Of a stretch of 64,000 nucleotides of DNA, positions 12,072-25,939 are shown one piece after another. Below the pieces are notes generated by a model. That model was given only the letters and a program-made list of their open reading frames with translations, made no database searches and was not told the DNA's origin. The stretch comes from Octopus vulgaris (Eukaryota). The position numbers were made by a program, and so were the translations under genes. Positions within the stretch are counted from its first letter, which is position 1. Each line of letters begins with the position of its first letter. The DNA lies in contig OX597814.1 in the NCBI GenBank assembly GCA_951406725.2, forward strand, positions 161,758,001-161,822,000, written 5' to 3'.

Positions 12072-12950
12072 AGATGCAGGTGTGGCTATGTGGTAAGAAG
12101 TTTGCTTCCCAGCCAAATGGCTCTGGGTTCAAGATCCAGTCCCAATATATGGCACTTTGGAGTAGTGTCTCCTACTATAGCCTCAGGCTAACCAAAGACT
12201 TGTGCCTGGATTTGGTAGATGGAAACTGAAAGAAGCCTGTTGAGTGTGTGTGTGTGATTATCCCCCACCACCACTTGACAACTGGAGCTAGTGTGTTTAC
12301 AACCCTGTAACTTAGTGGTTCAGCAAAAGACCAACAGAATAAGTACCAGGCTTGAAAAAGTACTGGGGTTGATTTATTTGGCTAAAATCCTTCATGGTGG
12401 TGCCCCAGCATGGCAGCAGTCTAATGGCTGAAACAAATAAAAGATTAAAGATAAAAAGATAATACACACAAGTACAAACATAGGCCTTGTGATTAAAGAA
12501 GTTCATCTCATAAGCACATGATTCCGAGCCCAATCCCACTGCATGACACATTGAGCAAGTGTCTCCTACTTAGCCTCAGAATTATTAGTATTAAAGAATT
12601 ATTAGTATTATTATTATTGCCTTTCATCCTTTCTGAGTCATTGAAATAAGTACCACTTACTCACTGGAGTTGATGTAATCGACTAGCTTCCACCCCCAAA
12701 ATTTTAGGCCATGTGCCTATAGTAGAAAGGATTATTATCATTATTATAAACATAGGCGTGAGAGTGGTTGTGTGGTAAGAATCTTGCTTCAAAACCTCAT
12801 GGTTCCAGGTTCAGTTCCACTGTGTGACATTTTGGTCAAGTGTCTTCTAATATAGCCTCAGGCCAACCAAAGCCTATTAAGTGGATCTGGTAGGCAGAAA
12901 TTGAAAGAAGCCCATCATGTGTGCATACACACACACACACACACACACAC
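12072..12950 (+). mobile_element. Cluster of family B (three copies) and family A SINE pieces
   Basis: Family B heads at ~12072, ~12480 and ~12752; family A central/3' part at ~12618-12740. Confidence 0.7.
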
Positions 12951-12991
12951 ACATAAATAGAGTTAAGCACAGGTGATATTCAAATCCTTTT

Positions 12992-13080
12992 ACTTCTGAC
13001 AAATGTTTCGAAGATATCACTGGTATTATTCCAAAGGAATAAAATGGTGTAAAACAATGTAATCTTCTCTTCAGAGAAGT
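12992..13080 (-). ncRNA. Canonical type I hammerhead ribozyme motif with long helix II
   Basis: Minus strand: ACTTCT-CTGAAGA-GAAGAT…(46 nt incl. ttattcc/ggaataa hairpin)…ATCTTC-GAA-ACA TT TGT-C-AGAAGT. All conserved core nucleotides present; GUC cleavage site at 12998. Confidence 0.8.
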
Positions 13081-13723
13081 GAAGAAATGAAACTCATCAA
13101 TAAGACATTTTAACAGAAAATGATGGATATGTATAGTGATTAACCAAACGCTATTAAGATTGTTTCAAAAAAATGTTATAGGATATATAACGTCAAAGGT
13201 AGCCTATAGAAAAAGGAGGGATAAAGGAATGAAAAACTAAATAAGTGAGAAATATATAACTATATGTGATAGTTGTGTATTCTTTTATTCTTTTACTTGT
13301 TTCAGTCATTTGACTGTGGCCATGCTGGAGCATTGCCTTTAGTCGAACAAATCGACCCTAGGACTTATTCTTTGTAAGCCTTGTACTTATTCTATCAGTC
13401 TCTTTTGCCAAACCACTAAGTTATGGGAATGTAAATACACCAACATCATTTTTTAAGTGATGGTGGGGAGACAAGCACAGACATACAAATGCAGACATGA
13501 TTACCCTTAACATAGTTCTCAGGAATATTCAGCATGACACAGAGTGTGACAAAGCTGGCACTTAGAAATACAGGTACTACAGCTGAGTGGACTGGGGCAA
13601 CATGAAATAAAGTGTCATGCTTAAGGGTACAATGCATCACCAGAAATTGAACTCATGTCCTTGCAATAATGAGCCAAACGCCCTAACCACTAAGCTACAT
13701 GCTTTCATGTTTATCAATACATT

Positions 13724-14134
13724 CCAGTGAAAACTGGAGTGCTGTGTCCTTGTAGGTAATTTAGCCATTTGTTAATTAGAGGTCAGTAAATTAAGTACCA
13801 AACTAATCAAAACTTGTGTAGGTTGAACTAATTAAAATGTTTGAGAAAGAAATGTAGCTGCATACATCTAAAGCAACATTTTTCAGGGGCCCTTAAAAGT
13901 CTATTGTGGATTCCCAATTTACTATTTTGTTGTGTGGATCCCCAAAAGTCTTATATGGACTTTCAGGGGCCACATGGACCCTGGTTTAGATTTACTGAGA
14001 TAGACAGATAGCCAAATCCAGATAATACTCTGAGTAGTTTTCAGTCAACCCCAGTGAAAACTGGAGTACTGTGTCCTTGTAGGTAATTTAGCCATTTGTT
14101 AATTAGAGGTCAGTAAATTAAGTACCAAACTAAT
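13724..14134. repeat. 84-bp direct duplication flanking a templated copy of 16532-16797
   Basis: 13724-13807 equals 14051-14134 with one mismatch; the intervening sequence copies the right half of the hAT MITE plus its unique flank. Confidence 0.9.
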
Positions 14135-14748
14135 GGACTCTGATCATTATCAGCAATGTCCTACTATAGCCTCAGTTTAATGACTGAAGCCAGTACAAAA
14201 ATGACAAAAGGGAACATACATTTTCAAAAGTTCAATCTGTGATAGTTGCTCTGTCACATAACAACTAACAAAAAAATGGCTAGTTGTTGAGACATGAAAT
14301 TAATGATGTATAAGAAAGGAGGGCATTTTAATAAATGGAACCAGTATCACCCCCTCCACCATTGTTTCAATGCCCACTTTTCCATGCTTAAATGGGTCAG
14401 ATGAAATTCATTGAGAAAGATTTTCTATAGTCAGATACTCTTCCTGTCACCAACCATTGCCTGTTTTCAACCAAGGCAATTTTTCTCAAGCCCTTGAACT
14501 TGAACAGCATATGTTTCTGTGGAGGCTTGCAAACAAATTACACAGCATGTATGATGGTGACATTTGTTTTACAATTAATGTAGGTCAAGACAAGGAGGTT
14601 GCAAGCAGATGCACATACACACACACAATGGACTTCTTTCAATTTCCATCAACGAATGTGACAATTTTTGAGGTCCTTGTGGTGAATAAAGAATTCTTCT
14701 TTTTCTCCTTCTTCTTCTTATTATTATTATCATTATTATTATTTTTAA

Positions 14749-15265
14749 GAAGGCAGTGAGCTAGCATAATCATTAGCACACTAGGGAAAATGCTTAGCAG
14801 TATTTCATTTGCTGCTACGTTCTGGGTTCAAATTCCACCAAAGTCGACTTTGCCTTTCATTCTTTCAGGGTCGATAAATTAAGTACCAGTCGAATTAATC
14901 GATTAGTCCCCCACCTCCCAATTTCAGGCCTTTTGCCTTCAATAGAAAGGATTATTATTATTAATAAGGTGAGACCTTCATATTTGAAAGAGTACATGGC
15001 TTAGTGGTTAGGGTGTTGCACTCACAATCTAGCAATTGTGATTTCAATTTCTAGACTGGGTGGTGTGTTGTGTTCTTGAGCAAAACACTTTGGCACATGA
15101 TGTGTGGTATGGCAGGCACCTGTTCAGACAACGTTGATTTGATGAAGAGAGTGAGCTAAGGGCAGCATGAACATTTGATCACTATAAACAAATCATTTGT
15201 GCAGGTCATTCAGCAAATGGTAAATGCTCATATGTTGTCTTTGATGGGAGAGTTCATTATTGTTA
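14749..15265 (+). mobile_element. Family A SINE followed by a family C SINE
   Basis: aaggcagtgagctagc…gggttcaaattcc…gcctttcattctttcagggtcgataaattaagtacc; then gtacatggcttagtggttagggtgttg…gtgttcttgagcaaaacactt. Confidence 0.7.
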
Positions 15266-15308
15266 ATATTAGAAACACACACAAAGATTACAAATATATT
15301 CATATTGC

Positions 15309-15580
15309 CATCATCATTTAACGTCCGTTTTCCATGCTGGCATGGGTTGGACGATTTGACTGAGATCTGGAAAGCCAGTGGCTGCACCAGGCTCCAATCA
15401 GATCTGGCAAGGTTTCTACAGTTGCATACCCTTCCTAACGCCAGCCACTCTGAGGGTGTAGTGGGTGCTTTTTATGTTCCACCAGCACAGGAGCCAGTCA
15501 GGGGACACTGGCATCCATCATGTTCGGATAGTGCTTTTTACATGCCACTGGTAAAGGAGCCAGTCAAGGGACACTGGCAT
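15309..15580 (-). mobile_element. RTE LINE 3' end
   Basis: catcatcatttaacgtccgttttccatgctggcatgggttggacg… with two gtgctttttaYRtgccac-type modules. Confidence 0.8.
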
Positions 15581-16400
15581 TATATATATATATGCATGCT
15601 TTTACCTTCCTAACCTCTCCTACTAACAGCATTACCCTGTTATATTTCTTTCAGACATTTCACTCTGCATATAATGACTGCAGGCATAGCTATGTGGTTA
15701 AAAGGTTTACCAGAAAACATTATTGTCTCAGGTTCAATTTCACTAATGGCAACTAGGCAACTGTCTTTGATTAAAGCCTTGGATCAACCAATGTCTCATG
15801 GGAAACATTTGGTAGAAGAAAACTGCAGAAACAATTACATGTATAATTGTATATATGTTCATATCAGAGTTAATGTGTCAGTTGATTTTCAAACTTGACA
15901 CTCAGCTGAATTCCAAAATAAGTAGGAAATGGCAAACCCCAACATTAAAATCCATGTGAACTAAAAATAGATCAGTCAATAAGAATAAAGATAGGTCATC
16001 AGTGCACAATTAGAATGATTATAAACATCTGCTCACAGATAATAATACATTTTAGATGCTGTTTCGAATATTTCTTACAATTTTTTTTTCTAATTCAAAA
16101 ATTGTTTTTCAATCTGAAACTCACCATATCCAAACACTTCCAGTGACAAAAGACAATGGCAAAGATTGTTTACAACTGATTACAAAGATTCTTTACAACT
16201 GTTTACAATAATTTGCAGCTGAGAAGGAATCTTTTAGAAGATTCTGATGAAATTCAATGAAAATTCAATCAAGTGTATTCAAAAGTTAGTTGAAGATGAA
16301 AGAGTTTGAGCTGTAAATGTTAATAAAGCATTTCTAATGAATGGGCATGTTTCTCAATCAACTAATAATAGTTGCAATGCAATACTGATATCAGATAGAA

Positions 16401-16741
16401 CAGGGGTTCTCAACCATTTTTTATCGATGGACTCCTTTGATTACTGTGTTATTCTGGTGAACCCCTATAGCCATTCTATGTTTAAGAACTAGTTTTATAG
16501 AAACTTCTTTCAAAATACCTATTTACCCATTAACTTGTGTAGGTTGAACTAATTAAAATGTTAGAGAAAGAAATGTAGCTGTTTCTTGCAATATATACCA
16601 ATGCATACATCTAAAGTAAAATTTTTTCAGGGGCCCTTAAAAGTCTATTGTGGATTCCCAATTTACTATTTTGTTGTGTGGACCCCCAAAAGTCTTATAT
16701 GGACTTTCAGAGGCCATATGGACCCTGGTTGAGAATCACTG
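16401..16741. mobile_element. hAT (Charlie-like) MITE
   Basis: TIRs CAGGGGTTCTCAACC / GGTTGAGAATCACTG; 8-bp TSD agatagaa/agatagac. Confidence 0.85.
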
Positions 16742-18795
16742 AGATAGACAGACAGCCAATTCCATATAATACTCTGAGTAGTTTTCAGTCAACCCCATTT
16801 TTCTCTTATTTCAGAGAGCTGTGTGGATTTGGGTAGTACTAGTTATCTTCTTGAGCACAATAATGATAAGTTTACTTCATATGCTGACATCCATTTTGTA
16901 ATTTTCAAGATTACAAAATATATGAGACATTTAGTCCCCTGGCTTGCCAGCTCTTGTCAAACCAGCCAATCCTGCCAGCATCGAAAATGTACATTAAAAT
17001 GTGATGATAATGCTAAAACATTAAAGTTAGCAAAATTTCAAATTAAATTTTCTTTTCATTCGTTTACTAGAGTTGGGGATAATTATATGGCATCCATTTG
17101 CTTTTCAGTTTAATCTTTCTCAAAACCTAATGGTTTGAAGAAAATCACCAGCTTTGGCATTATCCTCATAATATATACTTTTTTTTTTACATATACTTTA
17201 TACAGAAAAAACTGCAGGACTAGAAATTTTTCTCTCAAAAATTGTATTCTTAGAAACAGAAAACTCATATATAAGGGAATTTAGTACACCATTTACTCCC
17301 CATTTACCCCTGTAGTTGTATGTCTGATTTAAAACTGGTTTTCTTTGAATACGCTGGACAATAAATTTAAAAAAAAAAGGTCACATTCTAAAATATTTAG
17401 TTTTTAACTTCATAATTCCCTTTTATTAATGTTTCCACAGGTAAGACGCTTGCTTATACTTTGAATTATTGGTTGACAAATAATGATTAGAAAAAGTCTT
17501 TATCAATATTATTTTGACATCATCTAAAAACAATATCTATAAGAAAAGAAACTGACAAAATAACTTAGTGTGTACAAAATTTCTTTTTACAAAATAGGAA
17601 GGAAACATCTTAAAAATGAAGGACAAACTATCTGAATTAATCTATTTATGTCTCATTAAATAATCATTAATATAAATGAATTATCGATAATATATTATCA
17701 AAAATAACACAGTTTGAATTACCTGAAATTGTCACATGAGATCATTATTAAGAACAACAGCTATAAAATACTCTCAAAAAAAGTAAATAAAAATAATTTT
17801 GCTAATTTGGTTTTCAGACAGTACTAAAAGATGCATGAGTCTAAAAGTAGATTTTCTTAAATGGCTCTGGAAATGAAGAAAAAAAATATTTCTTGAATTC
17901 CTAAGAGTGAAGAAACAGAAAATGGAAACTTTCAGACAGACATAAATAGACAGATTGTTTTAAAAGATTATGAATTGTAACAAAGTTTAAGACCTCAAGA
18001 GAGATTTTCTTACTTTTTATAATTCATAATTGTAGAAAAAAATTAGTCCATATCTGTTAAAACTCATAGCAAGCTAGAATGTTTGCCAATGCTCAACCAA
18101 GACAAAGGAATGTGATAAAATGTGACATACCTAAAATAGATGTGTCATCAGTATCTACTTAGAATTTCCTATTTTAAAACTCTTCTATATGGAGGGCATC
18201 TAAATACTATAATAACTTTTAAGAATCTTATAGCACACTGACATTATGGCAATTGTTATATTATTTAATGCATTTACTAGCATCAACCACTTAAGATTTA
18301 AATCATCTTCCCAAAACCTTCAATTGTATTTTGTGGAGAAGTGTTCAATACTTTTCTGGACTTGATAACAAAAATTTTCTCAAACTTTGAGTAAGTTTTC
18401 TGAATTATGAATATCTATTAAAGCTAAAGAAGATTACTTAAAAATTCAATTGTGAGTTATTTGTAGCAAAAGAAAATATTAAGTCCCATTCTCAGATCAT
18501 ATGAATGGCTTCTCATTTCAAGAATCTTTACAATGTTTAAAATAATGAGTTCAAGTACTATCACTTAGAAACTGCTTCCAGACAACAAAACAACAGAAGT
18601 ACTGTATCAATAGGATTGGTGTTAGGTGTTAAACTTTACATATAGTTAGCATTGCTGGGTTCAAATTTTCCTATAAACTACAGATGGAAATAATTTTAAT
18701 TACAGGTGAGATTTATAGGCTCTAGATACTTGGCAAATTGAATATACAACCTAGATCCTCAGAAGTTAGATTTCATTTAAACTGTAGCTAATAAA

Positions 18796-18835
<40 letters not shown>

Positions 18836-21800
18836 AACAGGGGGGAGAGAAAGAGAGAGAATCTTTCAATCCTATTGTCTTTTCATTGTAATTTAGGCTT
18901 TGTACCTGCCTGGAGAAAGCTACAAAAAATTTGTTTTATTGTACCCTCCAATTTGGAACTGGATATACTACTAGTTATACACAATGAAATAGAGAATATT
19001 GTTCTTATCTATGGATAACATCCCCTTCATCAATGTCTGATATTCTAGACAGCATCAGAAAAGTGTCTGGCAAACTTTCACCTATTATTGGTCTCCAGCT
19101 TTTAGCTTAGCATTATTAATTTATGTCTTAGCTTTCATATGGCAGAATTTTCATCAACACAATTCCTTTATCTTGGAGAAAGAGAGTGTTTATGTTTCAT
19201 AGAAGCCAAATCTTATCATTATAATGTAAATAGCGTTAGATAAATTAATGTATTTGTTATATAAAAATGATGAAATTACAAAATTACAGAAACATCAGGT
19301 GATTTGGTGAATATTTTCTGGCTACCAAAAATTCTGTGTCAACAAGGTCTTGTATGGCCAGTTTGACCAAATAGCCTTTGTGCCATGGCCCAGTTTGATT
19401 AGTTGAAAAGGTAAAGGATTAGACAACATGCAAGTAGTTTATGCAAAAAAAAAAAATAGTTTAAATATATCTCAGTATGATATACTATATTTATTTGTAT
19501 CATAATATGCTCTTATGTATAATGCACAACTATTTATGGACAATGCAATGCCAGAAGAAATTTATCTCATCTTTAAGATGACTGGTTTTTCTTTAAGGTA
19601 ATCTTTGTGGAAAGTGGTATCATCAAAAATAAGACTAGTAATAGTGGAGATTGTAAAATAATTTGAGTTTCCTGAATTACTGAAGGGAATAAATAAATGC
19701 CTCAAAATATATGAATGGTACACTACACTCTTATAATTTATGCTTTTGATTTTTTTTTCAAAATAGCTTTGGATTTCTAAATTTTGAACATGAATCATTC
19801 CATCTTACATCTTGTAATGTATATATGGCTATTTTGATGTAGTTTAACTCTTGTCATGGGACAGACTTACATCTCTATTCAAATATTTCTCTTTCGAAAT
19901 AACAGTATTTTTGTCTACTTTTTATAAAATGTTACCTATGAACTTTAAGCCATCAGCCATAGAAGTACATCTGTTATACAAAGTCAATGCACAATTTTTT
20001 TTTTTTTCTAGAAAATCAATTTGATTTTGACAATTCTGCTGTATATACTCAGTTTTATGATATTTTATTATAGAACAGGTGTTTCATCAAGGATTTTTAA
20101 AACCACTCTAAATATTTTACTGCATATTTAAAAAAAAAAAATCGGTTTTCAGATTTTTATGTTTAAACATCAGAGATATATTTGAACATGCATGCTAACA
20201 CAATAATGTTTGCAGAAAATATGCTGTCCCCTAGTAAATATAAATATACCAGTAAAGAGAGGAAATCTCAGTAACAACACAAATAACTGCCTGAGTGGAT
20301 TCACTGCCTACTGTCTGCCTCCATCAAAAGGTAATACAAAGATGTACTGCAAACTATGGTGGCTGAGCAGCAAGCTATTTTAAATGTGGCACATTAGATG
20401 TAGAGTTAAAGTCATGCACATCAACACACAAAGCCAATAATAAACTTAAGGTGACTAACACTGACGCTTACCCAAATGCTACAAAAACACACCTAGTACC
20501 AAACATAGTAGTTGTGGAAGTACATATACCAAAATATGTTATATTCTGTACTGACAGGAAAGAAAAAAAATGTCATGGTGGAGTTGCTATGCTGTCTATG
20601 ATATTGTCACATCCTTAATTCTGCTGTCACACTTCAACTCAGTTTACAACACATTAATACTACTCATAAAGCAAATCAATGTAACTCTATGTACAGTATT
20701 TCACATCCATCAGCAGCCTCAAATCATGATGGTAAATTTCAAAATAACCTTAAAAAAAATAGAAAAATGAACCAATCAATGTTGATGCAAGGAAGCTGTT
20801 ACTTTGATCAACTGTTTTTTTCAAACAACTGTTTTTAGTCAATTGTTCTTCAACTGTTTTTGACAAATTGACACCTAGAAACAAAGATTTGCTTGTTTCC
20901 ACATAACTTTGAAAAAATATTGTAATGGAATAGTTGTACAATTGTATAGTATATAAGTATATATAAAGTCTCTACGATTATGTATAGAGTGCTTTCGCTG
21001 AGTTGTAGTTTCCTTGAATTTTCTTTGAGAACTATAAATAATCACACACACACACACACACACACATGCACACTACATATGCACACACACATACACACAC
21101 ACACATGTACATGCATACTACATATGCACACATAAACACACACATAGATATTCTAATTTTCTGTCTTGTACAAGCCATCTCTCTCTCTTCCTCTCCTTTT
21201 CTCAACATAGAGATATACCGGTATAGTTCGTGCACTAAATTCTAATGTACACAATAACAATGATAGAACAATACATGAACATTTCTAATTATATCTCTGT
21301 CGTGAAGATGAAACAAAAGTGCTAAGATCAGATAAGATAGGTTAAGCTAATAATTGCTAATAATTGCTAATAATATCGTTAATGTTATTGTGGTTGATTG
21401 GAAGAATTGTTAGAACATCTGACAAAATGCCTTATGGTATTTGTTCCATTTCTTTACATTCTGTATTCAAATCCCACCAATGTCAACTTTGCCTTTCATC
21501 TCTCAAGAGTCAATAAAATAAAGTACCAGTTAAGTACTAGTGCCAATATAATTGACTAATGCCTCTTTCCCAAATTTTTGACTTTGTGCCAATTTTACAA
21601 ACGATTATTATTATTAATTATTATATTCAGTTCCATACTTATAGTCGCACGTATTTATTACAAGCAGTACTCATGGGAATGCCAAGGTTATTTTGAAAAC
21701 AACAAGATTGTTGGAAATTTATAGAGAAGCATGAACTATATAATTTCCTTAAGAAATTGAATTTTCTTAGAAGTGTTTTATTCTTGATATACCACATAGG

Positions 21801-22519
21801 TAGTATTAAATATGAAGTCTTTAGAGAGAACATTTTTGAAAACTATATGCCTTGCTATACACTTGTCACTTATTTTACCTTGGGAGTTGTATCTATGATT
21901 TTTATTTTCATGTCAAGAATTAAACAACCTTAATTTAGAATAAGATCAAAAGCATAATCGATCTATAATATTTTTCTGTTCTGGTACAGCTATGTGGTAA
22001 AACTTTACTAAATCTCACTATGCTGTACTATATCCTTATTTTCATAACAGAGAAAACTGTATATGGCCAGACTCGAACCCAGAGTCACAGTGGAAATATA
22101 AAAAAAAGAACAGTAGCTATTCTACTAATCTGCGTATTCTGAAAAACAATTAAACTACTAATGTATGTAATACTTAATTTAAAACATTTACTTATATCAG
22201 CCAGTTGCCATAGAAATAAAGTGATGAATCTGTAACAGATTATGTACTGTTTCCTTCCATGGCTTTTCAATCAACTGGTTCGTGAATAATATAAATGTTG
22301 TGTGTATAATAGATTATGTTCGATTTCACTTCATAGATAAAATATAACATACGTAGACAGTAACAGAATAATATAGATTGTCAAAAGTCCCCACCTCTCT
22401 CTCTTTCCCTCCCTCTCCCCCCTCTCTCTCTCTGAAGCACTCAAGTATACTGACAGAATCATCCAGGCAAGCAAGTTAAGCTAATAATTACTGGTAGCAT
22501 TATTACTACTAACCATCAT

Positions 22520-22990
22520 ATTTTAAGTAGGCGTATCTCTGCCGGCAACAAAGGGATTCTGTCTTTTGGTAAAGGGTATTCTGAAAGACTGCAACATCAC
22601 ATCTTACACACAGTTGTGTAGAAGGTGTAATGTTGCTGGATACTAAAAAACTTGGAAATAGAATGGAGAGAATGAGAAAAAGCTGGAAAAAAATGAAGCA
22701 GGAATTTTATGTTAGATGTTTAATGTTAAGGTGCATGCCTGACAAGCATAAATAAGCTAAAAGAAAAACTGTGTATAAGAAGAATCAGCTACAGTGGGTA
22801 AGATAGAAGCAGAATTTGTATAGACATGTGATGCACATGTGGGATGACAGCTGGATACAGAAGTGCCATTTGATCCAAGTAAAGAGAGCCTGCAGAAGAT
22901 AAAGACATGGTAAGAAGTGATGAAAGCTGATCTTAGGATACAAATGTGTGGTTGCTCTGGATAGTACTTCTAAGGAGAGAGAATAGCATC
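22520..22990 (+). pseudogene. Very old RTE ORF2 C-terminal remnant
   Basis: Remnants TKGFCLLVKG…KLEKNEAGIL…LKEKLCIRRIS…HVMHMWDDSWIQKC…KTW*EVMKADL, collinear with ORF 28478-28948. Confidence 0.6.
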
Positions 22991-23003
22991 GCTTCTAACT
23001 TTA

Positions 23004-23610
23004 AATCATCATCATCATCATCATCATTTATTGTCTGTTGTCCATGTTGGCATGGGTTGGACGTTTTGACTGGGCTGGCATGCTGGAAGATTGCATCAGA
23101 TTCTGGTCTGATTTGGCATAGTTTTCTATGGCTGGATGCCCTTCCTAACACCAACCACTTTGAGAGTGTAATGGGTGCTTTTATGTGCCATTTGTGTGAC
23201 AGCAGGGTAGGTTTATGAGCTACTGGCATGAGTGCCTATTTGCGTGATACCAGTATCTGCTATGACTGTGATTTTGCTCGGCTTGATGGGTCTTCTTCTC
23301 AAGCATGACATAATGCCAAGGTCTCGGTCATTGCCTCCATGAGGCCCCACACTCAAAAAGAACTCAGCCACTTTGCCTCTGTGATGCCCAAAACTCAAAA
23401 GAAACTCGGCCACTTTGCCTCTGTGAGGCCCAATGTTCAAAAGATGTTCTTTATGTGTCATCAAGCACAGCACATTATCAAAGGTCTGTCACCAGTCATT
23501 GCCTCTATAAGGCTCAAAGTTTGAAGATCATGCTTCACCACCTCTTCCCATGTCTTCTATGGGTCTACCTCTACTACAGAGATCAGCACTTCTTTGCACA
23601 GCTCCATTTA
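23004..23610 (-). mobile_element. 5'-truncated RTE with short internal duplications
   Basis: (ATC)n tail, 3'UTR, four ttgcctc…gaggccc-type repeats, then C-terminal TWEEVVKHDL coding remnant. Confidence 0.7.
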
Positions 23611-23849
23611 TGTTAAAGAGTGAAGAGCATACACATAAGATATTTCTATATAACTTTTTAATTCTCTTGGGATAAAGTTCTCTCATCTTGAGATGTTAAA
23701 CCTAATGAAGGAAATAATAAATTACTGCAAGTGGCTGGACATGATGCTGGAGAAAATCCATTCAAATCCTGCAAGTATGGGAAAATGGACATAAACATTA
23801 TGATGATATACAATATTTACACAGGCTCATATGAATTCTGAGATATATA

Positions 23850-24212
23850 TTCTTTTATTCTTTTGCTTGTTTCAATCATTTGACAGCAGCCATGCTAGAG
23901 CACTGCCTATAGTCAAACAAATCGACCCCAGTACTTATTCTATCAGTCTCTTTTGCCAAACCGCTAAGTTATGGGGATGCAAACACACCAACATGAGTTG
24001 TCAAGCATTGGTGGTGGGGACAAACACAAATACACACACACATATACATGACAGGCTTCTTTCAGTTTCCACCTACCAAATCCACTCACAAGTCTTTGGT
24101 CAGCTTGAGGCTATGGTAGAAGACACCTGCCCAAGGTTCTATGCTGTGGGACTGAACCCAGAGCCATGTCGTTGGGATCAAGCTTCTTACCACACAACCA
24201 TGCCGATGCCAA
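23850..24212 (-). mobile_element. Full-length family B SINE
   Basis: Reverse complement of the 8533-8918 family. Confidence 0.8.
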
Positions 24213-24663
24213 TGTATATTCATTACACACAACTCTACCACAGACTGGCCAGAAAATTAAACTATTAAACAACATTTACCCTCCCTAACCTATATCCTCA
24301 CAGATTAACATACACGAATACTTAATGACATCCTGGCCTTCCAGGACTGTAAATTTGGCAAGGACATGATAAATCGGGGATAGAAATCTGATATATTTGT
24401 TATCTACAAACCTAGTTCCACAAATTTTGTTTGTAGTAGATTCACAAAATTCTAACAAATAACTTTTATGGTCTGATGAGAATGATTGGGGATAACTGAA
24501 CCATTAATTAATTAATTGATTAACTGATTAATTAATTGGTTGATTCTGCATCCACATGATGCAGAAGTAGTTCCTCAGGCCTTTTGAAACATACATAAGT
24601 GAATAAAGTTATGTAAGAACATAATTCTTCAGTCTTTGTCCAAGATACACACACACACACACA

Positions 24664-25030
24664 TTATCATCATTATCATCATTATTTAATGTCCATCCTC
24701 CATCTGGCATAAGCTGGATGGGTTGACAGGAGATAGACAAGCCAAAGAAGTGTACCAGGTTCCATTGTCTGCTTTGGCATGGTTTTTATGGCTGGATGCC
24801 CATCCTAACTCCAACCATTTTACAGAGTGTACTGGTTGCTTTATATGTGGCATGAGTACCAATGCTTTTTATGTGGCACCAGCACCAGCAGGGTTCACCA
24901 AGTAACTTGTGAGATGAAGACCTCTCAGCTGGAAAAGGCAGTGGAACTGAAGGAGGTGGTTTTGTGCCAGATGAGAGTTTTAAAGTATAATAGAAGGATA
25001 GAGGTAGGTGTCTTACTATAGAGGAGATAC
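24664..25030 (-). mobile_element. Old RTE-related 3' end
   Basis: (ATC/ATT)n tttaatgtcc…ggctggatgcccatcctaactccaacc. Confidence 0.6.
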
Positions 25031-25939
25031 TTGGCTACTCTTGTAGGAGAGGAATGAGAAAGAGTTAGAGAGAAAGATAGAGAGAGACAGCATGAGAGAG
25101 AAAAATAGATGATTGAACAGTGGGGAGAATATAAGTGGCACAGAGGGGATAGAGGGAGATGTTCCATAAGAGTGTGAGGTGAGATGTTTAGAGATGGGGA
25201 AGAGGTGACTGTAGCAAGTGATGGTGAGAGAAACTGGAGTGGCTGGAAGGGCATGGAGAGTGTGTGGGTAGGAAGGTGAGGGATAGTGGATGGGCCTGCA
25301 GCAGGTGATGATCATGAGTGGTGGGAGGGTTTTTTTGGGGAATATGGGTTGTGGATGAGTTTTGACAGAGGACAGAACTGTATGTATGGATGGCCACAAT
25401 TTTACTTAGCTTGCTGTATCTTCTCAAGCACAGCAAACCAGATATATATACATATATATATATATACACATACATCCAGAGGTTAAATGATGATGATGAT
25501 GATACATGTATTCAGTAAAAAAGAGAGAATGTTTCAATAAAGAGGGGTTCTTTGTGCATTTACCCAGAAAATAAGATCTAAATAATGGAAAAAAGAAAAA
25601 TTCATGAATACCTACAGAAGAAAGACTCGAAAAAGCATTTAATTAATTACTTATAGCAAAGATTAGAATACTCCACAGGTTCCTATAACACTTCATGCCC
25701 AAACCAGACAAACTTCCACAAAATCAGTTGATATGACAAAACATAATATTACAAATGAAGCATAACTTGAATATTTCTTTGAAAAAAACTTATGCAAATG
25801 CTTAAAAACAACTGCATATCATATATAACATCTTAAATTACTGTAATATCTTCAGAAACAAATACCAGCTCTGCCACATCACCCACTGGAAAAACATCAA
25901 ACCAAAACTTTTGTTAGACACATGTACTGTATACTAGTT

